DNA of 63,966 nt, counting the filler, from an uncultured bacterium (lineage in GTDB: Bacteria; CAYJRR01), in NCBI GenBank assembly GCA_964372275.1. It is 4 parts of 4 records of this genome, joined end to end, with 100 filler letters (N's around TTAATTAATTAA, not from the genome) between each part and the next. Parts side by side here need not be neighbours in the genome. Positions count along the whole stretch, not along the records: positions 1 to 20,544 come from CAYJRR010000082.1; positions 20,645 to 41,115 come from CAYJRR010000083.1; 2 more parts are not named here. One strand, given 5' to 3'. Under the pieces are notes generated by a model. It made no database searches. It was not told the origin of the DNA and saw only the letters and a list, made by a program, of their open reading frames with translations. How positions within the stretch are numbered: position 1 is the first letter of the stretch; the number at the start of each line of letters is the position of its first letter. Shown piece by piece: positions 10,394 to 20,714 of the stretch. Made by a program: the position numbers and the translations under genes.

Positions 10394-12316
10394 CTAATCG
10401 CTGACCAGGAAGATCAGCGGGCGCACGTCCTCCTCCGGCGTCGACTCCCAGTAGCGGACCAGGATCTCGTAGACCAGCACCCCGACCTCCCCCTCGCCCC
10501 AGAGCAGGTACTTGAGCGCCTGGGCCATCGAATTGCCGCGGCTCAAGCCGAGGAAGATCGCCTTCGGATCGAGCTGTTCGCTGACGAAGGCGATGGTGTT
10601 GGCGATCGCGACCGCCCCCGTGACGTCGATGCGGAGGTTGCCGGTCTCCCCCAACGGGGTGACGCGGATCTTCAACGCGATCTCGAACTCGCTGCGGTCG
10701 TCGAGCATCTCGACGTGCAGGAAGGCGATGGGACCGTCGACGTTGTAGTACCGGCGGAGCTCCGCCGCCTTCTCCCGGCGCTCGGCGCGCTCGGTCCGCG
10801 CCAACGGGACGAGGTTCACCTTCTTTCCCCGGATCGAGGCGAAGAGGCGCCGCGACTCCTCGTCGACGAAGGAGAACCGCTCGACGCGCAGCTCGGTCGC
10901 GCGGCGCCATCGCGAGATCGCCGAGACGGCGAGGACGGCCAGGATGAAGAGCAGCGCGATCACCACGCCGTCCGGGCGTTCGCGGACGTTCTCCACCAGC
11001 ACGTAGACGAAGACGAGGGTCACCAGTCCGAACCCGATCGCCGCGGCGCGGTCACGCGGCGCCGGCTCGCGCCACCGGACGATCGTCACCGCCGCCGCCG
11101 CCGAGAGCATCAGCACCAGCACGCCGGTGGCGTAGGCGCCGCCCTGGGCGTCGACGTCGGCGTCGAACGCGAGCGTCACCGCCACGTCGACGAGGAACAG
11201 GCATACGACCAGCGGGCGCGCGCGCTCGACCCAGCGCGGTCCCATGCCGAAGCGAGGCAGGTAGCGGGGGATCAGGTTGAGGAGGCCTGCCATCGCCGAG
11301 GCGCCGGCGAACCACAGGATCAGGATGGTGACGAAGTCGTAGACCGTGCCGAACGCCGAGCCGAGCAGGTGGTGCGCCAGGTAGGCGAGCGCCCGCCCGT
11401 TCGCCTCGCCGCCGGGCTCGAACTCGTGCGCGGGGATCAGCACGGTCGTCACCAGGCTCGAGCCGAGCAGCAGGAGGCTCATGATCACCGCGGCGGCGGC
11501 CAGGAGATTGCGCGTGGCGCGGATGCGCTCCCGCGGCGGGGCGCCTGCCGGCGCGCCGGCCCCGGCTCCGTTCGAGACCAACGGCATCACGGTGACGCCG
11601 GTCTCGAAGCCGGACAGCCCGAGCGCCAGTCCGGGGAAGATCAGGACCGCGGCCAGGAGGACGTCCCCCACATCTCCACGGAGGGCGACCGCCGCCGACC
11701 AGTCGGAGAGGAGCTCCGGGCGCCGGACGATCTCGACCAGGCCACGCACGATCACCACCGCGTTCAGCAGGATGTACGGTTGTCCGACGACCTTGGCCAC
11801 GCCGATCGCCTCGTGGAAACCGCGCAAGAAGACCGCGGCGAGCAGCGCCAGGAGCGCGAGCGTGATCCAGAGCTGACCGCCGCCGAGATAGGGGTGCAGG
11901 ACCGGGTTCTCCGCCGCGTGTTGCGCCGCGTCGGCCGCCGAGAGGGTCATGGTGATCACGAAGTCGGTCGCGGCGAAACCGAGCAGCACCAACACCAACA
12001 CCTTCCCCCACCACCCGTGCGCCCGCCGCTCCAGCATGGCGATCGACCCCTGGCCGGCGAACGAGTGCCGGGCCACCTCGCGGTAGACCGGCAGCGCCGC
12101 GGCGAGCGTGACCAGCACCAGGATCGCGGTGGCGATCGGCGCCAGCGCGCCGGCGGCGAGAAAGGCGATCGACGGCTGATAGCCGAGCGTGGAGAAGTAG
12201 TCGACGCCGGTCAGCCACAGGACCGAGGTCCAGCGGTAGCCCGGGTGCGCGGGCTCGGCGGGCGCCGGCACGTCCGGTGCGCGCGTTCCCGGTTCGGGGA
12301 TTGCGAGGTCTGGCAC
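10394..12316 (-). CDS. APC-superfamily amino acid/cation transporter
   Basis: LTGVDYFSTLGYQP, LSGFETGV and GGAYATGVL motifs; about 12 hydrophobic segments plus a cytoplasmic C-terminal domain. Confidence 0.88.
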   Translation of the reverse strand: MPDLAIPEPGTRAPDVPAPAEPAHPGYRWTSVLWLTGVDYFSTLGYQPSIAFLAAGALAPIATAILVLVTLAAALPVYREVARHSFAGQGSIAMLERRAHGWWGKVLVLVLLGFAATDFVITMTLSAADAAQHAAENPVLHPYLGGGQLWITLALLALLAAVFLRGFHEAIGVAKVVGQPYILLNAVVIVRGLVEIVRRPELLSDWSAAVALRGDVGDVLLAAVLIFPGLALGLSGFETGVTVMPLVSNGAGAGAPAGAPPRERIRATRNLLAAAAVIMSLLLLGSSLVTTVLIPAHEFEPGGEANGRALAYLAHHLLGSAFGTVYDFVTILILWFAGASAMAGLLNLIPRYLPRFGMGPRWVERARPLVVCLFLVDVAVTLAFDADVDAQGGAYATGVLVLMLSAAAAVTIVRWREPAPRDRAAAIGFGLVTLVFVYVLVENVRERPDGVVIALLFILAVLAVSAISRWRRATELRVERFSFVDEESRRLFASIRGKKVNLVPLARTERAERREKAAELRRYYNVDGPIAFLHVEMLDDRSEFEIALKIRVTPLGETGNLRIDVTGAVAIANTIAFVSEQLDPKAIFLGLSRGNSMAQALKYLLWGEGEVGVLVYEILVRYWESTPEEDVRPLIFLVSD

Positions 12317-12405
12317 GACCGGGAGTATCGCAGGCGCTTGCGGCCGTTGTCGCGTCGATCGTACGCTTGGTCTTCGTCGGCAGGGACGAAGCCGAGGGGG
12401 GCCGG

Positions 12406-13263
12406 ATGAGACGGAAATGGACGCTGTTCGCGTGCGTGGCGTGGGTGGTCGGCTGCAGCGGCAACGACGACGGCGGCGGCGACGGCGGCGGGGATCCGGA
12501 GACCGAGATCGAGACGGTCGAGGCGGTGACCGAGGCGGTCTCGGCGACGCTGCAGATCTCGGGGGTCGGCGGTGCGTCGTTCGCAGGCGGTGCCGCGGCG
12601 TGCGAACCGACGGTGATGGTCCTGTCGACCGGGACGATGTGCAACCAGGCCTACAACGACGAGATCGACCTCTACTTCGATTGCGAAGGGCAGGACGGCG
12701 CGACCCTCGTCGGCACCGCCAACGTGATCGTCACCCGGACCCCGAGCAACTGCCCCGCGCCGACGTCGATCGAGGTGGCGCAGGACATCGACTTCGAGCG
12801 AACCATGACCAAGGGGACCAAGGTCGGGGAGATCTCCGGATCGAGCTCCTTCGACTTCACCGTGACCCCCGGCACGCCCCCCGCGTCGAAGGCGGAGGAG
12901 GTGGCGATCGAGCGGATGCTGACCGAGGACGGAACCGTCACCCGGCACGCGATGATCACCGGCACCAAGACGATCTCCTTCGACTACGGCGGCGATGGGC
13001 CGGAGGACGACGAGAAGGTGGTCGACGGCGAACTGGAGATCGACCTGGTCCTCACCGACGTGACGCTCAACGTCACGCAGACCGATCTGACCTTCACCCG
13101 CGACTGCTGCTACCCGGTCTCGGGGACGATCGACTACGTGAAGAGCGGCGCCGAGGAGGGGGAGGGCTCGATCACCTTCGGTCCGGCGTGCGGCGACGCC
13201 GAGAACGGCGCCGGCGACCCCCTCGAGCTGCCCGCCTGCCCGTCGGTCGGCGGCGGCGGCTGA
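12406..13263 (+). CDS. Hypothetical acidic beta-rich lipoprotein
   Basis: Lipobox VVGC, Asp/Gly linker, C-terminal CCYPVSGTI...ITFGPACG motif. Confidence 0.75.
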   Translation: MRRKWTLFACVAWVVGCSGNDDGGGDGGGDPETEIETVEAVTEAVSATLQISGVGGASFAGGAAACEPTVMVLSTGTMCNQAYNDEIDLYFDCEGQDGATLVGTANVIVTRTPSNCPAPTSIEVAQDIDFERTMTKGTKVGEISGSSSFDFTVTPGTPPASKAEEVAIERMLTEDGTVTRHAMITGTKTISFDYGGDGPEDDEKVVDGELEIDLVLTDVTLNVTQTDLTFTRDCCYPVSGTIDYVKSGAEEGEGSITFGPACGDAENGAGDPLELPACPSVGGGG

Positions 13264-13316
13264 TCCTCCCGGGGAGTCTCGCCGGGGACGCGACGGGTGT
13301 GCTAGGACGAGGGGCC

Positions 13317-13766
13317 ATGAAGATCCCCGTCCGGGCCACCCTCGCCATCGCCGTGCACCTCTGCTTCGCGTCCGCGGGCCACGCCTCCCAGACCTTCGGC
13401 GCGGCGCCGGCCCTTTCGACCGCGCCGCTCGCGCTGTCGGAGGCGGTGAAGCCCGAAAACCTGGGGAGGTCGGTCCGCGTCGAAGCCAGGACCGGCGCCG
13501 TCTGCGAGAAGAAGGGCTGCTGGCTGACGCTGGTCGACGGTTCGACCACCGTCCGGGTCACCTTCAAGGACTACGGCTTCTTCGTCCCCAAGGACCTCCC
13601 GGGCAAGACGGTGGTGGTCGAAGGAACGCTCGCCGAGACGACCGTCTCCGAAAAGGAGGCCCGCCACTACGCGAAAGACCAGGGCCTCCCGAAGTCCGAG
13701 ATCGCCAAGATCCGAGGCGACAAGAAGCAGGTGACGATGGTCGCCACCACCGTCGTCGTGCCCTGA
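13317..13766 (+). CDS. DUF4920-like OB-fold periplasmic protein
   Basis: VCEKKGCW, RVTFKDYGFFVPKD and ARHYAKD motifs; signal peptide. Confidence 0.85.
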   Translation: MKIPVRATLAIAVHLCFASAGHASQTFGAAPALSTAPLALSEAVKPENLGRSVRVEARTGAVCEKKGCWLTLVDGSTTVRVTFKDYGFFVPKDLPGKTVVVEGTLAETTVSEKEARHYAKDQGLPKSEIAKIRGDKKQVTMVATTVVVP

Positions 13767-13814
13767 TCGGGCGCTCCCCGCGAAAGACGAACGTCCCGCT
13801 CGAGGCGAGCGGGG

Positions 13815-14330
13815 CTACTGCGTGACGCCGCGCGGGAGGCCCTGCGCGTTGGAGAGGATCAGCTTGTTCTCGTGGAAGAACTTGTTCTTCGGGAGCTCGA
13901 AGTCGTAGCGCGGGACGTTGATCGCGTCCCAGCCGCAGGCCTCCTCGCACAGCTTGCAGCCGACGCACTCCTTGGGCAGCACGACCGCCACCATCGACGA
14001 GGCGAACCCCTCGACGGCGTTGTCGTCCTTCCGCTTCTCCATGACGATCGCGTCGAAGGGGCAGATGTCGACGCACCAGGTGCAGCCGGTGCAGTTCTCG
14101 TCGGTGACGATCGCCTTGTGGATGTCCTTGGCGCGGACCCGCACCACCAGGTCGCCGTCGTTGTCGACGATCGAGTCGTAGGGGCAGTAGTGGCCGCAGA
14201 CCGAGCAGTCGATGCAGAGGGTCGGGTCGATCGAGTGGAGCTCTTTCTTGTCCCCGGCGATCGCCCCCGTGGGGCACTTCAGCGCACAGATCGTGCAGCC
14301 GACGCAGGTATCGGTGATGAAGTGAGGCAT
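13815..14330 (-). CDS. Ferredoxin with four [4Fe-4S] motifs
   Basis: CVGCTICALKC, CIDCSVCGHYC, CTGCTWCVDIC, CVGCKLCEEAC. Confidence 0.9.
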   Translation of the reverse strand: MPHFITDTCVGCTICALKCPTGAIAGDKKELHSIDPTLCIDCSVCGHYCPYDSIVDNDGDLVVRVRAKDIHKAIVTDENCTGCTWCVDICPFDAIVMEKRKDDNAVEGFASSMVAVVLPKECVGCKLCEEACGWDAINVPRYDFELPKNKFFHENKLILSNAQGLPRGVTQ

Positions 14331-14350
14331 GGAAAAGTGACTCTATTCCA

Positions 14351-15346
14351 CTACTTGACCTTCGACAACCGTTCCTTGGCCTTCTTCGCCTCGTCCGACT
14401 TCGGGTAGCGCTTGATCAGGTCCTGCAAGGTCGCGATTCCGCCGTCCTTCTCGCCGATCTCCAGGAAGGCGAACCCCTGCTTGAGCAGGGCCGCGGGGAC
14501 CTTGTCGCCCTGGGGATAGTCGTGCGCCACCTTGTCGAACTCCAGGATCGCCGAGGCGAAGTCCTTCTCCACGTAGTAGCTCTCGGCGATCCAGTAGCGG
14601 GCGTTGTCGGCGAACTCGCTCTTGGGGAAGCGGTTGATCAGCTCGCCGTAGAGGGTGCGGGCGTCGGCGAACTGCTTGGCGTCAAAGGTGTGGGTCGCGC
14701 GCTGGTAGAGCTGCTGGTCGGTTTCCGAGCCTTTGGCCGGGAGGATCATCCCCGGCCGCGTCGGGTGCGGCGTCGGCGGCACGACCGGTCCGGGCGGGAC
14801 GAGCTTGCCGAGCGGCGTGCCGGTCGGCTCGGGGGAGGCCCCCGGCGCGGCTCCGCCAGGCGAGCCGGTCGGCGCGGGGTACGGCCCCGGGGGGGCGACA
14901 AACGGCCCCCCAATCGGTCCGACGTTGCCGGTCGCCGCGTCGAGCCGTTTCCTCAGCGACTCCATCTCGTCGGCGATCTGCGCGATCCGGATCTCCAGCT
15001 CCTGCCGTACCTTGAGCTGCTCGTCGGAGCGCCGTCCCGCCTGCTCCTGGAGCGATTCGAGGCGGCCTTGCAGCAGGCTGAAGTCGTTCCGGATCTGGTC
15101 GAGCGACGCCCCCATGTCGGCCAGCGCCTGGCGCAGCGCCAACTCGTTGTCGCCGCGCTTGGCCATCGCCTTGATCGCGACCGTCTCGCGCTTGAGGCCG
15201 TCGAGGTCTTCCCGCATCTGGCGGAACTGGTAGGGACCCGGGCAGGCGGTCAGCGGAAGCGCCAGCGCCACCAACAGCGCCGTCGCCGCCGCGCGGGTCG
15301 CCGCCACCGGGCCGGGACTCGTGGGACGGACGGACGGGGATTGCAC
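14351..15346 (-). CDS. cpoB: Tol-Pal system protein CpoB/YbgF
   Basis: SD GAGGAG before GTG 15346. Lipobox LTAC, coiled coil, TPRs (ADNARYWIAESYY, KVPAALLKQG). Directly downstream of pal. Confidence 0.88.
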   Translation of the reverse strand: MQSPSVRPTSPGPVAATRAAATALLVALALPLTACPGPYQFRQMREDLDGLKRETVAIKAMAKRGDNELALRQALADMGASLDQIRNDFSLLQGRLESLQEQAGRRSDEQLKVRQELEIRIAQIADEMESLRKRLDAATGNVGPIGGPFVAPPGPYPAPTGSPGGAAPGASPEPTGTPLGKLVPPGPVVPPTPHPTRPGMILPAKGSETDQQLYQRATHTFDAKQFADARTLYGELINRFPKSEFADNARYWIAESYYVEKDFASAILEFDKVAHDYPQGDKVPAALLKQGFAFLEIGEKDGGIATLQDLIKRYPKSDEAKKAKERLSKVK

Positions 15347-15357
15347 AGGAACGCTCC

Positions 15358-15921
15358 TCACTTGGCGACGAGGCGGATCTCGACGCGGCGATTCTCCGCC
15401 CACGCCGTTTCGTCGTGCCCACGATTCAACGGCCGCTCCTCGCCAAACGAGACGGTGGTCATCCGCTTGCGATCGATCAGCCCCGCGCGCAGGTAGTCGG
15501 CCACCGCGCGCGCCCGCCGCTCGCCGAGCGCGATGTTGTATTCGGTGCCGCCGCGCTCGTCGGCGTGACCCTCGATCGAGATCTGCCAGCTCACGTTCCG
15601 GGCGAGGCAGACGATCGCCCGCTTCAGCACCGCCGTCCCTTCCACCCCGATCGTCGAGGAGTCGAGGTCGAACCGGATCGGCCGGAAGCAGTCCATCTCC
15701 GGGAGAAGCTCCGGCTGCAGGATCTCCGGCTCCGGCACGCCCGACCGCAGCAGCGTGTCGTCGTCGGCCGGCGCCTCCGGCGTCGGCGTCGGCGTCTCAT
15801 CAACGACCATCGGCGGCGCCGGCGGCGTCTTCTTCGGACACCCCGCGACCCCAAGCAGCGCGACGAGCCCGGCGAGCCACGCGAACCGCAGGGAGCTTCC
15901 CGTCTGGGAGCGTCGCGTCAT
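15358..15921 (-). CDS. pal: Peptidoglycan-associated lipoprotein Pal (OmpA family)
   Basis: Lipobox VAGC; IEGHADERGGTEYNIALGERRA; SFGEERP; NRRVE. Confidence 0.9.
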   Translation of the reverse strand: MTRRSQTGSSLRFAWLAGLVALLGVAGCPKKTPPAPPMVVDETPTPTPEAPADDDTLLRSGVPEPEILQPELLPEMDCFRPIRFDLDSSTIGVEGTAVLKRAIVCLARNVSWQISIEGHADERGGTEYNIALGERRARAVADYLRAGLIDRKRMTTVSFGEERPLNRGHDETAWAENRRVEIRLVAK

Positions 15922-15977
15922 CGACAGGGCCACCGTAGCCGCGGCGGTTCCGCCGTGTCAACGGCCGCACTCGCGGG

Positions 15978-17327
15978 TCAGATCTCGATCGACGCGCCGA
16001 TCTCGGGGGCGGTGGCGGGAAGGGAGAAGCGGTCGGTGATCGTCGCGGCGAGGCGGTCGGCGGCGGCGGGCTCGCCGTGGACGCAGAAGACGGTCTCGGG
16101 CTTCTTGCCGAACTTTTCGATCCAACCGCAGAGCTCCTCCCGGTCGGCGTGCGCGGAGAATCCGTTGATCGTCTTCACCTTGGCCCGGACGCGGATCTCG
16201 GTCCGCTCCACCATCACCGTCTCGGCCCCCTCGAGGAGGGCGCGGCCGAGCGTTCCCTTCGCCTGGAACCCCACCACCAGCACCGTCGTCTTCGGGTCGT
16301 CGAGGTGGGCGCGCAGGTGGTTGAGGATCCGTCCGCCATGCATCATGCCGGAGCCGGCGATCACCACGTTCGGAGGCGGCTGGCGTTCGAGCAGCAGGCT
16401 CTCCTGGTGGCGGCGGGTCTCGACCAGGCCGGGGAAGTCGAACGGGGCGTCTCCGTTGTCGAGGAGCTTGCGCGCCTCTTCGTCGAAGCAGTCGTGGTGG
16501 CGACGGTAGAGACCGGTCACGTCGATCCCCAACGGACTGTCGAGGAAGACCGGGATCTTGGGAACTTCGCGGCGCTCGACCAGGCCGTTCAGCTCGTAGA
16601 GGAGGGTCTGCGTCCGGCCGATGGCGAACGCCGGGATCAGCAGGCGCCCCTTCTCCGCCACCGTCTCCTGGATCACCTGCTTCAGGCGCGCGCGGTTCTT
16701 CGCCATGTCGTGCAGGCGGTCGCCGTAGGTCGACTCCACGAGCAGCACCTCGGCTCCGGGGATTCTTGCCGGGTCGCGCAGGATCGGCTGGTTCGGCCGG
16801 CCCAGATCGCCGGAGACGACGACGCGCGTCTTCGTCCCGCCGCGGGCCACCTCGATCTCGACGCTGCTGCTGCCGAGGATGTGCCCGGCGTCGTGCAGCC
16901 GGATCGAGACGCCGGCGCCGAGGTCGTGCGTCTTCCCGTAGGGGACGGCGCGCCAGAGCTCCATCGTCCGTTCCACGTCCTCGGCGGTGAAGACGTAGTC
17001 GGGACGGCCGTAGGCGCGCAGCAGATGTTTGGCCGAGTCGAGCAGGATGAAGCGCGCCACGTCGCGCGTGGCCGGGGTGGAGATCACCGTGCCGCGCCAC
17101 CCCTCGCGCGCCAGCAGCGGGAGCAGGCCGCAATGGTCGAGATGGCCGTGGGTCATCACCGCGGCGTCGATCTCGTTCGGATCGAACGGGATCGTGTTGT
17201 GGTGCTCCTCGTCCTTGGCCTCCCCCTGGAACAGCCCGCAGTCGACGAGGATCCGCTTCTCGCCGGTGTCGAGCAGGTACTTCGAGCCGGTGACGGTGCG
17301 CGCGCCGCCGTGGAAGGTGAGTCTCAT
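15978..17327 (-). CDS. MBL/beta-CASP RNA-metabolising metallo-hydrolase
   Basis: TVTGSKY, THGHLDHCG, AGHILGS, ESTYGDR, PAFAIGR, SAHAD, VHGE. Confidence 0.93.
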   Translation of the reverse strand: MRLTFHGGARTVTGSKYLLDTGEKRILVDCGLFQGEAKDEEHHNTIPFDPNEIDAAVMTHGHLDHCGLLPLLAREGWRGTVISTPATRDVARFILLDSAKHLLRAYGRPDYVFTAEDVERTMELWRAVPYGKTHDLGAGVSIRLHDAGHILGSSSVEIEVARGGTKTRVVVSGDLGRPNQPILRDPARIPGAEVLLVESTYGDRLHDMAKNRARLKQVIQETVAEKGRLLIPAFAIGRTQTLLYELNGLVERREVPKIPVFLDSPLGIDVTGLYRRHHDCFDEEARKLLDNGDAPFDFPGLVETRRHQESLLLERQPPPNVVIAGSGMMHGGRILNHLRAHLDDPKTTVLVVGFQAKGTLGRALLEGAETVMVERTEIRVRAKVKTINGFSAHADREELCGWIEKFGKKPETVFCVHGEPAAADRLAATITDRFSLPATAPEIGASIEI

Positions 17328-17367
17328 GCTCCGTCCCCGAGCGTGATCGCTCTCGCCACGCGCGGCC

Positions 17368-18387
17368 TCATTGCACCGGCGCGCCGGCGGCGGCCGTCCA
17401 TGCTTCGAGCCGCTGCGCGCACTCGACGTCGAATCGGCCGGTGCCGCGGGCCCCCGGGGGGGCGGCGTCGATCGCCGCGGCGAGGATGCCGGCGCGCGTC
17501 GCCGGGGCGTCGTGGCCGCTGAAGAGCGCGCGCTTTCCGGGGTTCGCCCCCAGCAGCGCGAGCACGCCGCGCGCCGCCCGCGCGTCGTAGCCGGCGGCGA
17601 TCGCGTATCGCAGGCCGAGCGAATCGGCCTCGCGCTCGTCGGTGCGGCCCATCCCCATCTCCAGCGTGACGCGGGTCATCGTGTCGACCAGCTTGGCGAA
17701 GAACTTCGAATTGCCGAATCCGACGGCCCCCGCGTCCGCCGTGCCGCCGCGGATGAACTCGTCCATCACCGCCGTGGTACCGACCTGCACCTTGAGCGCC
17801 TTCAGCCCGTCCTCGCGGTCGACGTGCGCGATCTCGTGACCGAGCACCCAGGCCAGTTCGGCCTCGTCGGCGAGATTCCGGAGGAGCCCCTTGGTCACCA
17901 GCACGTACCCGCCGGGGAGCGCGAAGGCGTTGTAGGAGTCGTCGTTCAGCACACCGACGAAGAAGCGGCGCGCGTTCAGCCGCGCGACGCCGTCCGTCCC
18001 CTTCTCCTGCCGCTCCCCCTGCGCCGCGACGAGGTTGGCGACTTCGTTCAGGTATCGCTGCAGCCCCTCCTCCAGCACCAGGCCGCCGTACTGCTGGATG
18101 ACGTTGATCGCCGCCGCCTGCCCGAGCGCGCGCTCGTCGTCGGCGGTGATTCTGTCGATCGCCTGGCTGCTGGCGGAGCGGATCTGCCGTCCCCGTTCCT
18201 CCAACTGACGGTTGGCCTCCTTGGCGCGCGCCTTGGCCGCGTCAAGCTCGTCGCCGACCCCGTGCAGCTCCCTTTGGATCCGGCCTTGCAGCCCGGCGCA
18301 GCCCGAAACCAGGAGCGCGGTGGCCGCGGACAATACGGCTGCCGCGCGCGCGATCGTCGGTGGGTGTCGCCGTTCCCGCGCGCTCAT
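17368..18387 (-). CDS. M48-family metalloprotease lipoprotein
   Basis: Lipobox VSGC; NAFALPGG; HEIAH; EREAD. Confidence 0.88.
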   Translation of the reverse strand: MSARERRHPPTIARAAAVLSAATALLVSGCAGLQGRIQRELHGVGDELDAAKARAKEANRQLEERGRQIRSASSQAIDRITADDERALGQAAAINVIQQYGGLVLEEGLQRYLNEVANLVAAQGERQEKGTDGVARLNARRFFVGVLNDDSYNAFALPGGYVLVTKGLLRNLADEAELAWVLGHEIAHVDREDGLKALKVQVGTTAVMDEFIRGGTADAGAVGFGNSKFFAKLVDTMTRVTLEMGMGRTDEREADSLGLRYAIAAGYDARAARGVLALLGANPGKRALFSGHDAPATRAGILAAAIDAAPPGARGTGRFDVECAQRLEAWTAAAGAPVQ

Positions 18388-18974
18388 TTCAGCCCCGCCC
18401 GGAAGGCTGCCGCCTTCGCCTTGCGCGTTCCGCCGGGATCGGAGTCGGGATAGGCGCCGGTCTCCGGATGGTGCGGATCGAGGAACAGCTCTTCGACCGT
18501 CTGCTCCAGGGTGAGGAACTGGTCGACCGACGCTTTCAGCTCCTGCTTCGCCGAGGCATAGCGCTTCGCGCCGTCGGCAAGCCCGCGCGCCGCCGCCGTC
18601 TGCGCGGACGTCGGCCGGGGATTGCCGAGGCCGCTGTCGACGATCTTCACCGGCCGGCCGGGCGGCGGCGCCGTGGGACGGGTGGCGCTCGTGTCCTGGG
18701 CGGCGATCCATCCGGGCGTCCCTCCGGGGGGCTCGACGCGGAACCAGGTCGCCTTCCCCGCCGCCTCGGAAACCTTGCGGTAGACGAGCCGCGCTCCGGC
18801 CGGAGGCTCCCCGACCACCTTCGCCGTCGCGCTCGGGCCCTCCCGCAGCACCGCCTTTCCGCTGGCCGGTTTCACGAAGACGAAACCGGCCGCCGCGCGC
18901 TCGACGTCGGCGCGCGCCGGTTCGGAGAGCGCGAGGAGCGAGACCGCGGCGAAGACCGACAAGGGGGCGCGCAT
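18384..18974 (-). CDS. Secreted bacterial SH3-domain protein
   Basis: Signal peptide ending ARA; LREGPSATAKVV...WFRV...GWI SH3b pattern; TAAARGL motif. Confidence 0.75.
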   Translation of the reverse strand: MRAPLSVFAAVSLLALSEPARADVERAAAGFVFVKPASGKAVLREGPSATAKVVGEPPAGARLVYRKVSEAAGKATWFRVEPPGGTPGWIAAQDTSATRPTAPPPGRPVKIVDSGLGNPRPTSAQTAAARGLADGAKRYASAKQELKASVDQFLTLEQTVEELFLDPHHPETGAYPDSDPGGTRKAKAAAFRAGLK

Positions 18975-19024
18975 CGTCCGACCGATTGTCTCACAGTGGG
19001 CGCCGGAGGGGATCCCGGGCGTCG

Positions 19025-20544
19025 TCACTTCTCGTGCAGCTCGTTCGAGCCGTCCCAGTCCGGCGGGGGCGGCGTGGCGAGCCGTTCCTCGCACGCCGCG
19101 GCCATGCTCCTGGACGGGGGATCCCCGAACCGGTCGGCGAGCGTCGCGAACTCCGCACGCGCTCCGGCGAAGTCGCGCGCGCGGTAGAGGGCGAGCGCGG
19201 CTTCGTAGCGTTCCTTCACCTGCCGTTTCTCGGGATCGAGGTCGCCGGCCCGGCCGAGCAGTTCGTAGACGCGCACCGGGACCGTCTTCCCTTTCACCCT
19301 CACCAGGTCGAGCTCGCGCGCCGATACCGCGTGCTTCGCCGCCAGGTAGGTCTCGGGCCCGATCATGCAGCTCGTGCCGTACGCCTTGTTCGCCCCTTCC
19401 AGTCGCGATGCGAGGTTCACCGTGTCCCCCATCGCGGTGAAGCTGAACTTGCCGTTCTTCAGGTCGCGGATGTGACCGACGCCACCCGCAACCGCCGGCC
19501 CGGTATTGATCCCGATCCGGGTCTTGAGCGGCGACAACCCGCGCGCCACCAGCTCCGCCGAGTAGCCGTCGATCGCCTTCATCACGTCGAGCGCCGCGAG
19601 ACAGGCCTTGACCGGGCCGTCGGCCGCCGGGATCGGCGCCCCCCAGAACGCCATCACCGCGTCGCCGATGTACTTGTCGAGGTAGGCGCCGTGGCCGCCG
19701 TGCAGGATCTCGGTCACCCGGGTCAGGTACTCGTTGAGGATCGCGATCAACTCTTCGGGGGTCAGCTTCTCGGAGAGCGTGGTGAACCCGGCGATGTCGG
19801 AGAAGAAGAGGGTGAGCGGGACCCGCGTGCCGCCCATCTCCAGCCGGCCGCCTTGCGCCAGACATCGCTGCACGAACTCCTCCCCCAGCGCGCGGTTGGC
19901 GAGGACCAGTGCCTGTGCCCGTTCCGCCTCCGCCTTGGCGCGCTCCGCCTCCGCCCGGACGCGCTCGGTCTCGGCGCGCTCCCGCTCCCGCCGGGTGAGG
20001 ACGATGTCGGAGACGACCACCAGCCCGAGCGAGAGCAACCCGGCCATCTCCGCCGGAACGGCGGAGATCACCCGGCCTCGCGAGAAGGCCTCCATCACGC
20101 CGGCGAAATGGAGGACGAGCGGCACGAGCCCGACCGCCACCTGCCAACCGATCTTGAATAGGAACCCCGACGCCTCGACCCAACGGAACTGCGGAAGTCC
20201 CAACACCAGCGCGCCGGCGAGGACCGCCACCGCGACGCTCAAAAGGAGGTCGAGAACTCCCGGAACCCGGCTCGGGTAGTCGCCGGTGAGGATCGTGTCG
20301 AGCGCCGTCGCGTGTTTGAAGACGCCTGCCTGCTGGCCGAAGGGGGTGGAGATGACGTCCGATCCCTCCCCTTGACCGGTGAACCCGACCAGCACGATCT
20401 TGTCGCGGAATCGCTCGGGAGGAAGGCCCTCGACCCGGTTTCCCAGGAGGATGTCGTCCTGCCGGCTCACCAGTCCGCGCGCCGACACGACGCGTGAGAA
20501 GAGGGCGGCGTCTTCGTCCCAACGGCCGCGCCAGCGGAGCAGCG
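19025..20544 (-). CDS. CHASE2-domain class III adenylate cyclase (5' truncated at contig end)
   Basis: FRDKIVLVG...TPFG...GVFKHA (CHASE2 end), TM helices, FSDIAGFT, DKYIGDAVMAFWGAP, GDTVNLASRLEG. Confidence 0.92.
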
Positions 20545-20644
20545 NNNNNNNNNNNNNNNNNNNNNNNNNNNNNNNNNNNNNNNNNNNNTTAATTAATTAA
20601 NNNNNNNNNNNNNNNNNNNNNNNNNNNNNNNNNNNNNNNNNNNN
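20545..20644. other. Artificial contig-joining spacer
   Basis: N44-TTAATTAATTAA-N44, stops in all frames. Confidence 0.97.
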
Positions 20645-20678
20645 TTCGGGCGACATCGGGGATTCCCCGAACCCCTCC
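20645..20678 (-). repeat. REP-like two-hairpin repeat, truncated at contig edge
   Basis: Reverse complement reads GGAGGGGTTCGGGGAATCCCCGATGTCGCCCGAA. Confidence 0.6.
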
Positions 20679-20714
20679 ATTCTATCGCAGCCCCCGCCCG
20701 CGGCCGAACAGGTG

